Positions 39,247 through 49,674 of a DNA stretch of 64,000 nt are shown here, in pieces. Location: contig CAXXXD010000003.1 of NCBI GenBank assembly GCA_963663385.2, forward strand, positions 1,504,001 to 1,568,000, written 5' to 3'. Both the position numbers and the translations under genes were made by a program. The notes beneath the pieces are model-generated. The model saw only the letters and a program-made list of their open reading frames with translations. It was not told the origin of the DNA and made no database searches. Positions within the stretch are counted from its first letter, which is position 1. Every line of letters starts with the position of its first letter. The DNA comes from Oceanispirochaeta sp. GTDB lineage: Bacteria > Spirochaetota > Spirochaetia > DSM-2461.

Positions 39247-40179
39247 TTAACATTCATATATGGCAGCTATATCATGTATCCTGCGCTTCATTTCCCTGCG
39301 GATAGGCAACGGCTCCAGACACTCGCATTTACCCCCGAAACCGAAAAGGATATTGTAGTAGTATTCGTTCTCTATAAAAGGAAAACTGACAATATAGTGC
39401 TCCTCACCATCTGGCGAAATGTGTTCATAAGTACAATAATCCAGAACCCTGTCCATGACGGATTTATGAATACGGATTTTTATTCTTGTCTGCAGAGTCT
39501 CCAGAATATCCGAAAAATCCAACTGTGGTTTCTGATAATCCCGCGGCGTAAAAACTTCCTCCTGCATTTGCAGGTTTGATATGCGGGACAGTTTAAATAA
39601 ACGAAAATCATTTCTTTTACGGCAATACCCTTGCCAGTACCAGTGACTGCTTTTTAATACAAGCTGATACGGCTCGGCTGTTCGTGCCGTTCTATTTCCG
39701 TAGCGGTCTGCATATTCAAACGAAAGCAGCCTGCTTTCCTGTAAAGCTGTTTTGATAGTTTCTAAATAGGATTGTATGTTCCTGTTGCCCATCCATGGAG
39801 TTAAATCGATATAGATTTGATTTGCTCTAAATTCAATGTCTTTGGCTCTGTCGACTGGGATAAAACTCTTTACTTTCGCAAGAGCGTTTATCAGCTCATC
39901 ACCCCGTATCATATTGGAAAGGCTGGAAAGCCCCATTAAGATAGCTGAAAGGTCGGCAGTCGAAAAAACCTTTTTATCCATCTTGTAGTTCTGCATGATT
40001 TCAAAACCGCCGCCCACTCCCGATGTTGAGTGAACAGGAATTCCAGCCATGTTGATTGAGTCTATATCGCGGTAGATTGTGCGGAGTGACACTTCAAACA
40101 TATCTGCCAACTCTTGTGCGCCTATACGCTTTTTATCAAGTAGTATCATGATAATGCTTACAAGCCTGTCAATTTTCAT
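39247..40179 (-). CDS. YafY-family HTH-WYL transcriptional regulator
   Basis: MKIDRLVSII..AQELADMFEVSLRTIYRDI; GVGGGF; EPYQL..HWYWQGYC..RNDFRLFKLSRI; ATG start at 40179. Confidence 0.95.
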   Translation of the reverse strand: MKIDRLVSIIMILLDKKRIGAQELADMFEVSLRTIYRDIDSINMAGIPVHSTSGVGGGFEIMQNYKMDKKVFSTADLSAILMGLSSLSNMIRGDELINALAKVKSFIPVDRAKDIEFRANQIYIDLTPWMGNRNIQSYLETIKTALQESRLLSFEYADRYGNRTARTAEPYQLVLKSSHWYWQGYCRKRNDFRLFKLSRISNLQMQEEVFTPRDYQKPQLDFSDILETLQTRIKIRIHKSVMDRVLDYCTYEHISPDGEEHYIVSFPFIENEYYYNILFGFGGKCECLEPLPIRREMKRRIHDIAAIYEC

Positions 40180-40218
40180 CTGATAGCAGCCTGCCAATAT
40201 TTTTTATAGTTGTTATAG

Positions 40219-40244
40219 ATTGTTGCCATACTGATGTCAACAAT
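40219..40244. promoter_or_regulatory. Palindromic operator between yafY-like gene and cysteine hydrolase
   Basis: ATTGTTGCCAT-ACTG-ATGTCAACAAT (one mismatch); core TGCCA-N6-TGTCA. Confidence 0.7.
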
Positions 40245-40297
40245 TACCGGGTATATTAAAAGTAAATAAACCAATTTACCTGTCTGGAGGAGACACA

Positions 40298-40783
40298 ATG
40301 CAGAAAAAAGCTTTAGTCATAATCGATATTCAGAATGACATAACAAAGAATTACAAGGAGATTATAGGCAATATCAATAAAGCGATAGATTGGGCGGTCA
40401 ATAATGAAATTCATGTTATCTATATCAGACATGAAAATTTATCAGCCGGCACAAGGAATTTTAAATCCGACACATTTGGGGCTGAATTAGCTTCCGATAT
40501 GAAAATAGTATCCAAGAACGTTTTTACAAAATATAAAGGAAATGCCCTAAGCTGTGAAGAATTTACCGACTTTATCAGTCAAAATGAAATAGGAGATTTT
40601 TACATAGCAGGAGCAGATGCCGCTGTGTGTGTTAAATCAACCTGTTACAACATGCGTAAGGCAAATTATGGCGTCCATGTCCTGTCTGACTGCATTACCA
40701 GTTATGATAAAAGGAAAATTGAAGAAATGCTGCGTTATTATGAAAGTAAAGGCAGTAAAATTATCTGTCTGGATGATCTGTAA
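40298..40783 (+). CDS. Cysteine hydrolase (isochorismatase-like)
   Basis: ALVIIDIQND, FTKYKGNAL, AVCVKST catalytic D-K-C triad; GGAGGAG RBS. Confidence 0.92.
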   Translation: MQKKALVIIDIQNDITKNYKEIIGNINKAIDWAVNNEIHVIYIRHENLSAGTRNFKSDTFGAELASDMKIVSKNVFTKYKGNALSCEEFTDFISQNEIGDFYIAGADAAVCVKSTCYNMRKANYGVHVLSDCITSYDKRKIEEMLRYYESKGSKIICLDDL

Positions 40784-40793
40784 TTATTATATA

Positions 40794-40881
40794 AATCGGG
40801 GAACTGGAGGCATCGGACTCCAGTCCCGGATGCATGGACGAGCAGCAAGCAAAGCGCGCGACCAGTCCCGGATGCATGGAC
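40794..40881. repeat. Hairpin plus 20-bp direct repeat CCAGTCCCGGATGCATGGAC x2
   Basis: Copies at 40820-40839 and 40862-40881; hairpin GGGAACTGGAG/CTCCAGTCCC. Confidence 0.8.
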
Positions 40882-41186
40882 TGATGCAATTGCAATAGCA
40901 GATTTGTCCATATCCAGTACTTTTACCGCATCAGTAATTCTTTGATCATGAATTGTTTTATCCCAGTTCCCTTCTACAGAAACAAATTTTAATTTATTGC
41001 TAAAAAACACTTTAAAGCCCTTTCGGTACAGAAATAGTAATTTCCTGGATCATCAGTTTAATCATTTTATATTATAGTACGTTAATAATAGATGAAACAG
41101 GAAACACTATTATACAGTTCAGGAGAATATAAAGAATATATGTTTGAGAGTTTTATAGTTTCATCGTAAATTTTATAAACAAAGAG

Positions 41187-41843
41187 ATGAAAGAAATAAG
41201 CAGCATAAACAGGACTAAAGGCGAAGCCCGGAATTACTATAATAGAATAAGCAAATACTACGATATTATATCAGGAAAAAAAGAGAATAAAATTAATAAA
41301 CTGGGATTAAAGAGACTGGGGACTGAGCCTGAAGACGAGATCCTGGAAATAGGATTTGGAACAGGAAAAATATTAAAGGAAATCATAACACAACCAGATT
41401 ATAGAGGAACATTATTCGGAATTGATATATCTGACGGGATGATAATTGAAGCGGGAAAACGATTCAACAATGAAGAAAAAAAGAGAATCAAACTAATTTG
41501 CGGAGATGCGGTCGTTTTACCATTCGGGAATGAGGAATTTGATAAGATTTTTATCAGTTTTACTTTAGAACTATTTGATACACCGGAAATACCGGTCGTT
41601 TTGAAGGAATGTAAACGGGTACTGAAGAGCAGTGGAAAGATCTGTGTAGTATCAATGTCTAAACGGAAAGAGAGTATAATGGAAAAAATATATGAATGGT
41701 CTCATAGGCATTTTCCAAAACTGATTGACTGCAGACCCCTATACACAAAAGAAGTACTGGTAGAATCAAGATTCAAAGTTGAAGAACTGATAGAGGAATC
41801 TCTATATGGACTACCGGTTGATATAATAATCTGTAAAAAATAA
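41187..41843 (+). CDS. Class I SAM-dependent methyltransferase (UbiE/MenG-like)
   Basis: YNRISKYYD, ILEIGFGTG, GIDIS..M, GDAVVLPF..EEFD, RVLKSSG; very AT-rich. Confidence 0.9.
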   Translation: MKEISSINRTKGEARNYYNRISKYYDIISGKKENKINKLGLKRLGTEPEDEILEIGFGTGKILKEIITQPDYRGTLFGIDISDGMIIEAGKRFNNEEKKRIKLICGDAVVLPFGNEEFDKIFISFTLELFDTPEIPVVLKECKRVLKSSGKICVVSMSKRKESIMEKIYEWSHRHFPKLIDCRPLYTKEVLVESRFKVEELIEESLYGLPVDIIICKK

Positions 41844-41914
41844 ATGCTTTAACCCAAACAGACTGCAGAATACCTTCGAGACTGCCCCGTCAGACAGTCC
41901 CGAAAACATCCTAC

Positions 41915-42508
41915 TTAACCTTTCCGGTATTCTGCCAGGTAATTATGGCCCATATCCGTCAAATCGAACCTTTGGAATCCGGCAGATTCTACAAGATCAT
42001 CCAGCTGTTCCACCGATATCCGGCGAGCCAGGGGCGGTCCGAAAGCGGTCTGTTCCTTCCTGCACTCCACAACAAAGAATCTCCCCGAAGGTTTCAGAAT
42101 ACGAAAGATTTCCCTGAACAAACCGTCCGCACACCGGGGCAGATCCAAAGCATGCAGGACCGTGCAGATAAAGCAGACATCACAAAGACCATCTCCAAGG
42201 GGAATTTTTCCGGTCAGATCGGCAACGACACCTTTTACCTGATCCGAACCGTTCATCCGGGCTTCTTCCGCTAATGCATGGATCCCGCTTTCATTCCGGT
42301 CCAGGGCGTAAATATGCCCCCTGCTGCCGACGATCTGTGCAGCCGCAAGAGCATAACTGCCGGATCCGCAGCCCAGATCGGCAAATGTATCGCCCTTGCT
42401 CAGATTGAGCCGATCGAATAAAAGATCAGGATCCTGCATCCAGAAGCTGTCCGGTCCCCGGTGGGAACGGCAGCCGTTCCGGCAGGCATGGGCTATCTCA
42501 TGTTTCAT
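41915..42508 (-). CDS. Class I SAM-dependent methyltransferase
   Basis: FADLGCGSG, IYALD, VLH, EIFRILKPSG, FGPP; ATG at 42508 after GGGAG. Confidence 0.9.
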   Translation of the reverse strand: MKHEIAHACRNGCRSHRGPDSFWMQDPDLLFDRLNLSKGDTFADLGCGSGSYALAAAQIVGSRGHIYALDRNESGIHALAEEARMNGSDQVKGVVADLTGKIPLGDGLCDVCFICTVLHALDLPRCADGLFREIFRILKPSGRFFVVECRKEQTAFGPPLARRISVEQLDDLVESAGFQRFDLTDMGHNYLAEYRKG

Positions 42509-42527
42509 AATAACTCCCTTTCCGTTT

Positions 42528-45500
42528 CTATAGATAAAACAGGAATGATTCGATTTTCTTTCTGGTATTTTCATTCGAAGTCCCGTCAAAAGTCAGGTTC
42601 AACAGAGGCTTCGAATCCCCGTCGGTTCCTCCCTTATACAGGGAGCTCATGGTTATACCCGTATTCTCGTAAGTGGAGGCAAGGGACAGGACTCCGTCGA
42701 CATCCCCATGGGGTGCAACAGCCGCGGCAAAGCGGTACCGGCCGAATGCGCCGGCATAATACCCGACGGACTGGTCCGCCCGGCGGTGGAGTCTGGCAAG
42801 ATCCGGGTGGAAAACGGAGTTCGCCCCCATACTGCGGGATACAGCGGCATGGATTCTTTCCAGACCGGAGAGGATTTCCTCATAAAACGGGTCGGCCCTG
42901 CCGGCAGCAGCCTGTACAGCGGCATAATCCCGCCAGAGCATAAGAAGGGCTTCTGCCAGAGAGGCATATAGAATCCGGTGTTCCTCCTCCAGACCGGCCA
43001 GCATCCGATCGGTCAGATTCCGATTATAAAGGATGGACGGTTCGCCAACCGCCAGGAGACATTTTCCCGCAGAGAAGTCGGTCCAGAAACGGCTTACGTC
43101 CTCTGCCAGAGCTGTAACACCGAAAAGGGAAAGATTCCCGTCCATACCATCCAGCAATCTGTCCAGACAGCGCATCCGCATAGGGGACGGTGTATTATTG
43201 ACCAGATCACCGCACAGGATCCCCAGAAAAAACCGTTCGGCCCACTCCTTTCCCATAAGGGGAAAATCCTCCGCAAAAGGCGCAAAGACCCGAGAGCCGA
43301 TGTACCCGGACTCATCCATCCTGGTCCGGACAAGGCGGGCGAACTGGCCGTCCACTTCCGCCCCTTCGAATTGAGGGATAAAAAAAGCGGCAGACTGGGA
43401 AGCACCCTCTTCCCGGAGGGTCTTGAGACGGGTAAAGATATCGCCGAATAATGCCGTCAGAGACAGAAGCTCATTGGTGAGCGTATACCTGCGGCCTTCC
43501 GCCAGGGAGGCATTTTCCGCCAGGGGAAGCACCTCGGCTTTCACCCCGTTGCTCCGAAGCTGAACGGCCGCTATATCAGAATAGGGAAACAGGTTCGGCA
43601 GATAGAGTGTCTGATCATCAGAAAGGTCCTTCAGCGCACGGCAGAAGCCAGCAGAAGGGGCATCCTTTTCATCTGGTGCCGGAGAATCGGCAGCGGATAC
43701 GGAAGGAGCGCCGAGACTGCCGAGGAACGCTTCGATCCGGGTAATGACCCCCACTTCCGAAGAGTGCTCATCCACTTCGATATTCAGATAGGGTTTATCT
43801 CCCATGATCTCGCTGAAATAGTGGATAAAAACGGAGTCGGGTCCGCAACAGTGGTGAGTCAGAAAAACCGCATGCATATTGGGGTAATTGCGAACCATTT
43901 TGGCCGTTTCCAGAATATGCTGTCCGAAAGGCCAGTACATATTGGGGTGCTCCCGGGAAACATCGCCTTCGGGAAGCTCGAAGAAAGAGAGAACTTTGTA
44001 TCCCTGGTCCATCAGTATCCCGGGGATTCCCATGTTTAGAACGGGATCGGCTACGCCATAGATTTTCGAGATCAATACAAAGACCTGTTCATCCGGCTTG
44101 ATATCCTCCCAGACCTGTTTCCCATTGGCTTTGAGCCTCTCTTCAAAAGCAAGGGCCGCCATCATCCCTTTCTGGAGGGCATTGCCTATCTCCTCTTTCG
44201 ATCGTCCCAGTTCCGCGCCCAGCGAAGCGAAGCTGCTCCTCATAAAATCCTGACCTCGATTAAATGCGATAGTCGGAGCAAGCAGCCTGATTCCCCTGCT
44301 TTGAAGTTCCATATTCCGGTTGATGATTTTAAAAGCCAGCTGCATGTAGGCACAGCCGTAATTCTGCCTGGATTGGGAATCGGGATGTTCAATCGTATGG
44401 AGATCGGGAAAGAAAATATAGTCCACATTCTTTTCAATAAGTTCTGCCACATGACCGTTAATCAGCTTCATGGGATAACACAGTTCATCCTGGGAGAACT
44501 CCTGTCCAAGGGAGATAGTTCTTTCACTTGTCGGATCGGAGAGAACCACATTGAATCCCAATTCCCGGAATATGGTACTGAACATGGGATACATGCCGTA
44601 GGTAAACAAAGCCCGGGGGATCCCCACCGTTTTTTTCTCAGAATCCGCCTTGGTATCATATCCCTTGAAGATCAGATCCGAAACCCTTTTATTGAACTGA
44701 CCGTTCCGATCGACAGCCTTTTCACGGGGACGAGACTCTTCCATCCGGGAGAAATCCGCTGCAAATCCCCTGAAATCGGAATTCAGGCACAGGCATTCGT
44801 CCATTGCCAGAAGGGCTGCACCAAAAGCGCCGGTCACACTGAAATACGGCGGTACAACAACATCCTTACCTGTTAGAACCCGGAACGCGTTGACCACACC
44901 CTGATTATAGGCGATACCCCCCTGCAGAAAAATCTTATTTCCGATCGGCTTTGATCCAACGACCCGGTTCAGATAATTTCTGACAATGGAATAACAGAGG
45001 CCTGATGCTATATCCTCCATGGAAGTCCCCCGCGAGAGAGCGGCGGCAATACTGGATTCAATGAATACGGTACAGCGCTCTCCCAATTCCAGCGGATACC
45101 CTGATTTCAGAGCCAGAGGACCGAATTCCTCCAGGGGAATACTGAATTTCTTTGCCTGTTCTTCAATAAAGGATCCCGTTCCGGCCGCACAAACCTTATT
45201 CATCTGAAAATCCTTTACCCGACCGTCTTTCAGCCGGATAAACTTGGAGTCCTGTCCGCCGATTTCAAAAACCGTATCCACATGAGGATCCAGAAAGGCC
45301 GCCGCCCTGGCCTGGGCCGTGATTTCATCCCGGATCAGGTCCGCACCGATTATCTCCCCGATCCGGTACCGCCCCGATCCGGTGATTCCCGCGCCTGTAA
45401 CAGTCAGGGTATCCCCCCATTTTTCATGTATACGGCTGAAACAGGTCTGCAGGGCACCGAGAGGATTACCGTGCGTACGGATATATTGCCACTCCATAAC

Positions 45501-46526
45501 CCCGCCTCCGGAATTGATCAATACCACATTTGTACTGGTGGAACCGATATCAATCCCCATATGACAGGAGAGGGAATTCCGGTTTACCGGATCTGCCTGA
45601 AGTTTATGCTTTCCCTCACTGTCACCGTTTCCGAACAGATGCAGAGGGAGCAGCGTACTCTCCCTTTCGGGAGACCGGGAAGCGGGAGCTTCCAGAAAGC
45701 GGATCAAAGCCGGGACATCCAGGCAATGGTTGTTCTGATGGGCGATAATTGCCGTTCCCGCCGCCTGGAGAATACCGCAGGATTCGGGAACAACCAATTC
45801 TCCGGATTCCAGCCGAAAAACGTCTTCCAGCGCCTTTACGATCCCCCGGTTGAACCCGACGCCTCCCGTAAAAATCAGCGGCTTCTCCACCTTCTGTCTC
45901 TTTACAATAGTCCCCCTGTAGTTCTTTACAAGGCCGTAGGCCAGTCCCATAAGGATATCCTCTACGGGGGTTCCCTCCTGCAGATGGTGGGTTATATCCG
46001 TTTTGGCAAAAACGCTGCACCGTCCGGCAATGCGGGGAATGCTGGCAGCTGCCATGGCGTATGTCGAATAATCCTCCAGTTTCAAATTCATTCTGGAGAC
46101 CTGTTCCTCCAGAAAGGATCCCGTACCGGCAGCGCAATCGGAGTTCATGGAAATATCGATACCGCCCGTACTATCCGGTGCGAATCCCGTAATGTATTTG
46201 GCGCTTTCTCCGCCGATTTCAACGATCGAACGGGCAGATCCATGGAAAAGCGAAACCCCTTCGATCAAAGCTGTCGTCTCGTTTACCAATGTGCCGTTTC
46301 CCTGCTCCTGAAGGAACCGGCTTCCGCTTCCGGTAAAGGCTCCTGCCGTTACTGATTCCAGAGACGGTAAGTCAGGACAATCCGACTCTATGGATTTCAA
46401 AATATCAACCAGGACCTCCCGGGGCCGACCATGATGCAGAACATATTTCTGATAAAGGCATTTTTCGCCTTCCAGCAATACGGCTTTTACAGATGAATAA
46501 CCGATATCAATACCCAGACTTAACAT
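42528..46526 (-). CDS. Acyl-CoA dehydratase activase-like protein: two ASKHA (BadF/BadG/BcrA/BcrD) ATPase domains + DUF2229-like region
   Basis: GIDIG x2, EIGG x2, CAAGTGSF x2, RCSVF/RCTVF; later LCYPMKL..GHV, YGCAY, HHCCGPDS, EVDEH..TRIEAF. Confidence 0.9.
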   Translation of the reverse strand: MLSLGIDIGYSSVKAVLLEGEKCLYQKYVLHHGRPREVLVDILKSIESDCPDLPSLESVTAGAFTGSGSRFLQEQGNGTLVNETTALIEGVSLFHGSARSIVEIGGESAKYITGFAPDSTGGIDISMNSDCAAGTGSFLEEQVSRMNLKLEDYSTYAMAAASIPRIAGRCSVFAKTDITHHLQEGTPVEDILMGLAYGLVKNYRGTIVKRQKVEKPLIFTGGVGFNRGIVKALEDVFRLESGELVVPESCGILQAAGTAIIAHQNNHCLDVPALIRFLEAPASRSPERESTLLPLHLFGNGDSEGKHKLQADPVNRNSLSCHMGIDIGSTSTNVVLINSGGGVMEWQYIRTHGNPLGALQTCFSRIHEKWGDTLTVTGAGITGSGRYRIGEIIGADLIRDEITAQARAAAFLDPHVDTVFEIGGQDSKFIRLKDGRVKDFQMNKVCAAGTGSFIEEQAKKFSIPLEEFGPLALKSGYPLELGERCTVFIESSIAAALSRGTSMEDIASGLCYSIVRNYLNRVVGSKPIGNKIFLQGGIAYNQGVVNAFRVLTGKDVVVPPYFSVTGAFGAALLAMDECLCLNSDFRGFAADFSRMEESRPREKAVDRNGQFNKRVSDLIFKGYDTKADSEKKTVGIPRALFTYGMYPMFSTIFRELGFNVVLSDPTSERTISLGQEFSQDELCYPMKLINGHVAELIEKNVDYIFFPDLHTIEHPDSQSRQNYGCAYMQLAFKIINRNMELQSRGIRLLAPTIAFNRGQDFMRSSFASLGAELGRSKEEIGNALQKGMMAALAFEERLKANGKQVWEDIKPDEQVFVLISKIYGVADPVLNMGIPGILMDQGYKVLSFFELPEGDVSREHPNMYWPFGQHILETAKMVRNYPNMHAVFLTHHCCGPDSVFIHYFSEIMGDKPYLNIEVDEHSSEVGVITRIEAFLGSLGAPSVSAADSPAPDEKDAPSAGFCRALKDLSDDQTLYLPNLFPYSDIAAVQLRSNGVKAEVLPLAENASLAEGRRYTLTNELLSLTALFGDIFTRLKTLREEGASQSAAFFIPQFEGAEVDGQFARLVRTRMDESGYIGSRVFAPFAEDFPLMGKEWAERFFLGILCGDLVNNTPSPMRMRCLDRLLDGMDGNLSLFGVTALAEDVSRFWTDFSAGKCLLAVGEPSILYNRNLTDRMLAGLEEEHRILYASLAEALLMLWRDYAAVQAAAGRADPFYEEILSGLERIHAAVSRSMGANSVFHPDLARLHRRADQSVGYYAGAFGRYRFAAAVAPHGDVDGVLSLASTYENTGITMSSLYKGGTDGDSKPLLNLTFDGTSNENTRKKIESFLFYL

Positions 46527-46545
46527 AATACTCTTCTCCTTCCTC

Positions 46546-46995
46546 TCAGGGATTTGTTCGCCGTTGATCCCGGCGGGTAAGCGATTCTTTCATATTGGAA
46601 AGTATCCGTTCCAGCAGGAGAAGCTCCTCCCGGCTGATACACCTCAGGATATGCTGCTCAACCGACTGTTTTATCACCAGCAGTTCATCCCGAAGGGCCA
46701 GACCGGATTCGGTGATGTGTAAACGACTCTGCCGGTTATCCTGCCTATCCGATGATTTGTTAATATATCCTTTCCATTTCAGGGATTTGACGGCATTTCC
46801 GATCCGCAGTCCCTCCCCTCCCGAATCGGAAGCGATATCCTTCTGCAAAATGCCGTCCTTTTCGTATACCCGCAGCAGAACAAGCATCTCGAACCGGTTC
46901 AGTCCGTACGGGTTTAACTCCTCCGCCGACTGGTTATGCATTTGACGTATAATTGTTCGCAGCCCGTCAAAAAACGGCCGATCGGTCATCAACAT
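46546..46995 (-). CDS. MarR-family transcriptional regulator
   Basis: YGLNRFEMLVL..DGILQKDIA..GYI...DNRQSRLHITESG; AAGGAGGAG RBS. Confidence 0.9.
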   Translation of the reverse strand: MLMTDRPFFDGLRTIIRQMHNQSAEELNPYGLNRFEMLVLLRVYEKDGILQKDIASDSGGEGLRIGNAVKSLKWKGYINKSSDRQDNRQSRLHITESGLALRDELLVIKQSVEQHILRCISREELLLLERILSNMKESLTRRDQRRTNP

Positions 46996-47065
46996 AGCTC
47001 CTCCTTATTGTTACGCGCTGACGCAAGCGCATTCTTACCTTTTCCCGTCTGTTTCTTCGATAAAA

Positions 47066-47845
47066 TCACGGTGCAGCCCGCCCGAATGTCCTCTCGGCAA
47101 CAGACTTGACAGATAGAGAGACCAGATGCTCGGGACAGTACTGCTGCACAGAATTGAGATGCAGTAACTCGATGATTCTGTTCCGGATATCGGTAAGAAC
47201 GGGATCCTTCAGATCCCGGCAGGCCTGTTCTGTCTGAATAGAGAACTGTTCTGCTATTTGTGCCGGATTTTTCGATAACACCAGAATTCTATCCGCAATC
47301 AGAAGGGCTTCGTCTATCTCATGGGTTACATAGATCAGACTCCTTCCTGTCTGCCTCAGCAGATGGAGAATCCGCCCGATCAGGTTCATCCGCAGGGAGA
47401 GGTCAAGGGATTTAAGAGGCTCGTCCATCAGCATGAGTTCCGCCGGATAAAAGAATCCCCTTGCGATGGACACACGCTGCCGCATCCCTCCGCTCAGACT
47501 GTAAGGCTTATATTTTTCATACCCCTCCAGATCGACGAGACGAATGATCTCCATCAGTTCCCGCCGTCCGGCATCGGGACGGACAAGATGGATGTTCTCT
47601 TCCACCGTACACCAGGGAAAAAGACGGTCCTCCTGAAAAACATAACTCAATCGGTCGAATCGGCGCAGAACCCGCCCTTTCGAGGGAGATAAAGTTCCGG
47701 AAAGAACGCCCAGGAGAGTTGACTTTCCGCACCCGGAAGGACCGATGAGACAAATTTTTTCCCCTGCGGAAATATTCATGGAAATTCCCGACAGAACTTC
47801 ATGCCTGCCATACCGTTGGTACAGATCTTTCACTTCAAGAATCAT
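47066..47845 (-). CDS. ABC transporter ATP-binding protein (NitT/TauT family)
   Basis: GPSGCGKST, VFQEDRLFPW, LSGGMRQR, LMDEP, VTH. Confidence 0.95.
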   Translation of the reverse strand: MILEVKDLYQRYGRHEVLSGISMNISAGEKICLIGPSGCGKSTLLGVLSGTLSPSKGRVLRRFDRLSYVFQEDRLFPWCTVEENIHLVRPDAGRRELMEIIRLVDLEGYEKYKPYSLSGGMRQRVSIARGFFYPAELMLMDEPLKSLDLSLRMNLIGRILHLLRQTGRSLIYVTHEIDEALLIADRILVLSKNPAQIAEQFSIQTEQACRDLKDPVLTDIRNRIIELLHLNSVQQYCPEHLVSLSVKSVAERTFGRAAP

Positions 47846-48590
47846 GTTGTTTCACTCCTTTATTCATGCTCTTCTGCGATGCGATACAAAGAAAAACAAC
47901 TACCACTCCAAGAGCGAACACTTTGTCCGTTTCCAGATTCATTTTGGCTTCGGTCAGCATTGCTCCCAGGCCTGTACCGGAGCTTAGAATCTCACTCATT
48001 ATCAATATTTTCCAACTCAGACCGATCATAATCATCAGCCCGGATTTAATAGAACTCACCAATGAGGGAATAATGATGCAGGACAGGATTTTCCTGCGGG
48101 AGAAACGGAAAACATGCCCTACTTCGACCAGCCCGGGATCGATCCGGGAAAACCCTTCAAAAAGACTCACCGCCAGCACCGGGAAAGACACAATCGTAAC
48201 GATAAAAATGGCGGCTCTCCCGTTCAGACCGAACCATATCATGGCAAACGTCATATACAGGATGGGCGGTACACTCTGTATCAGATAGAGAATCGGATTC
48301 AAAAGGTTCTCCAGAGTTTTGTTCACCCCCATCAGGATCCCGTAGAGAAAACCGATCAGGGCAGACAGAACCAGCGCGACGAAAAGTCGGATAAAGCTGA
48401 CTGTCAAAGCCCGATAGAACTCCAGACTTCCCAGGCAGAACCATAGACTCCGAAAAGTTTCCCGGGGACCGGGGAAAATGACCGCGTTATATCTACGGGA
48501 AAGCAAATGCCATACAGAAAGAAGGATAAAAGCTGTCAGCGCATACCGGTAACAACAACAGGATTTTTCTGCCTTATTATTCCGTTTCAT
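47835..48590 (-). CDS. ABC transporter permease (NitT/TauT family)
   Basis: FPGP, QSVPP, MIWFG, GLGAML; multiple TM; likely ATG at 48590 overlapping the SBP gene end. Confidence 0.92.
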   Translation of the reverse strand: MKRNNKAEKSCCCYRYALTAFILLSVWHLLSRRYNAVIFPGPRETFRSLWFCLGSLEFYRALTVSFIRLFVALVLSALIGFLYGILMGVNKTLENLLNPILYLIQSVPPILYMTFAMIWFGLNGRAAIFIVTIVSFPVLAVSLFEGFSRIDPGLVEVGHVFRFSRRKILSCIIIPSLVSSIKSGLMIMIGLSWKILIMSEILSSGTGLGAMLTEAKMNLETDKVFALGVVVVFLCIASQKSMNKGVKQHDS

Positions 48591-49593
48591 ATGTGAAATA
48601 AACTCCTTCTTCCGGAAGCTTCCCACCGATTACTGCCGGTTTCATTGCCAGTAGAACCTCAAAATACCGTAAGACATCCTGCCGGACCGACGTCAGAGGA
48701 AGACAGGATAATCCGGAATTCCCCATAGAACGAGCAATAAGGTCCCGGTTACCTCCGGTAAAATCTTCAGCCAGTTTTCCGGCGGCATCAGGTTCCCGCA
48801 CCACCGCAGTAACGGCAGCGGCAAAAGCTTCATTGACATCATTTAATAGCTCAGGCTGCTGCAGGAGGTCGGGATTCCGGCAGATCATACAGAAACCGGG
48901 CATTCGAAATCCTTCTCCGGCGATTTCCTGCCAGTCCGTACTGTAATCGCTGATAATGCGGTATTCCGCAACACTCTGCAGGTGCACGGTAACAAAAGGC
49001 TGCACATCAACTGCGTAGGAAGCAATTCCCTGAGCGAGCAGCTGGGCAATTTCCGTATGGCTGGAGTAGACGGCGTCCAGATCTTCTCCGATGGCCATTC
49101 CGCAGTCATCCAGGAACAGCTGGGTAACCAGATCCGGAACGGTTCCTTTGGCCGGAATGAAGAGCTCTTTCCCAGCCAGATCTTTCCAGGACCGGCAGGA
49201 AGGATCAGTCGTACTGAGATAAAGGCCGCCCCACTGGAAAACATTCATCATACAAATATTAAATCCCTTATTATAAAGAACCGCCGCCGTATTCACCGGC
49301 ATAAGCACAAAGTCCACATCACCGGATTGGGCCGATGCCATCATGGCATCCATACTGGAGTAATACACTGCTGCAACAGGAGGGATATGACCGGAAGAAC
49401 CGTTTTCCTGCAGCCAGATAGAAGGCAGAGAAGCGATCGATCGGGGACCGGCTATCACGATTCCTTTGGGGACTTCACTTTTCGGGATATCCCTACTCCG
49501 GACGGGTTCAACTTCCCGGTTTCCTTCCGAATATATAAAGACAGCAGCCAAAACGATTATAAAACCCGTCAGTAATTTTTTTTTCATATTCAT
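48577..49593 (-). CDS. ABC transporter substrate-binding protein (SsuA/THI5/MqnA-MqnD-like fold)
   Basis: N-terminal anchor; PVNTAAVLYNKG..WGGLYL, KGTVPD, VIGGKLP; AGGGAAGGAGG RBS. Confidence 0.85.
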   Translation of the reverse strand: MNMKKKLLTGFIIVLAAVFIYSEGNREVEPVRSRDIPKSEVPKGIVIAGPRSIASLPSIWLQENGSSGHIPPVAAVYYSSMDAMMASAQSGDVDFVLMPVNTAAVLYNKGFNICMMNVFQWGGLYLSTTDPSCRSWKDLAGKELFIPAKGTVPDLVTQLFLDDCGMAIGEDLDAVYSSHTEIAQLLAQGIASYAVDVQPFVTVHLQSVAEYRIISDYSTDWQEIAGEGFRMPGFCMICRNPDLLQQPELLNDVNEAFAAAVTAVVREPDAAGKLAEDFTGGNRDLIARSMGNSGLSCLPLTSVRQDVLRYFEVLLAMKPAVIGGKLPEEGVYFTYETE

Positions 49594-49674
49594 TCACCTC
49601 CTTCCCTGAATGTAATAATTCCACACTTGTTATAATTACCTAACTAAGATAGATTATCCTTATGCTCATAAAAA

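Noticed and set aside
40738..41010. 90-aa minus-strand ORF
   Set aside because: Its C-terminal half is read through the repeat/hairpin element and overlaps the hydrolase; at most a gene fragment.
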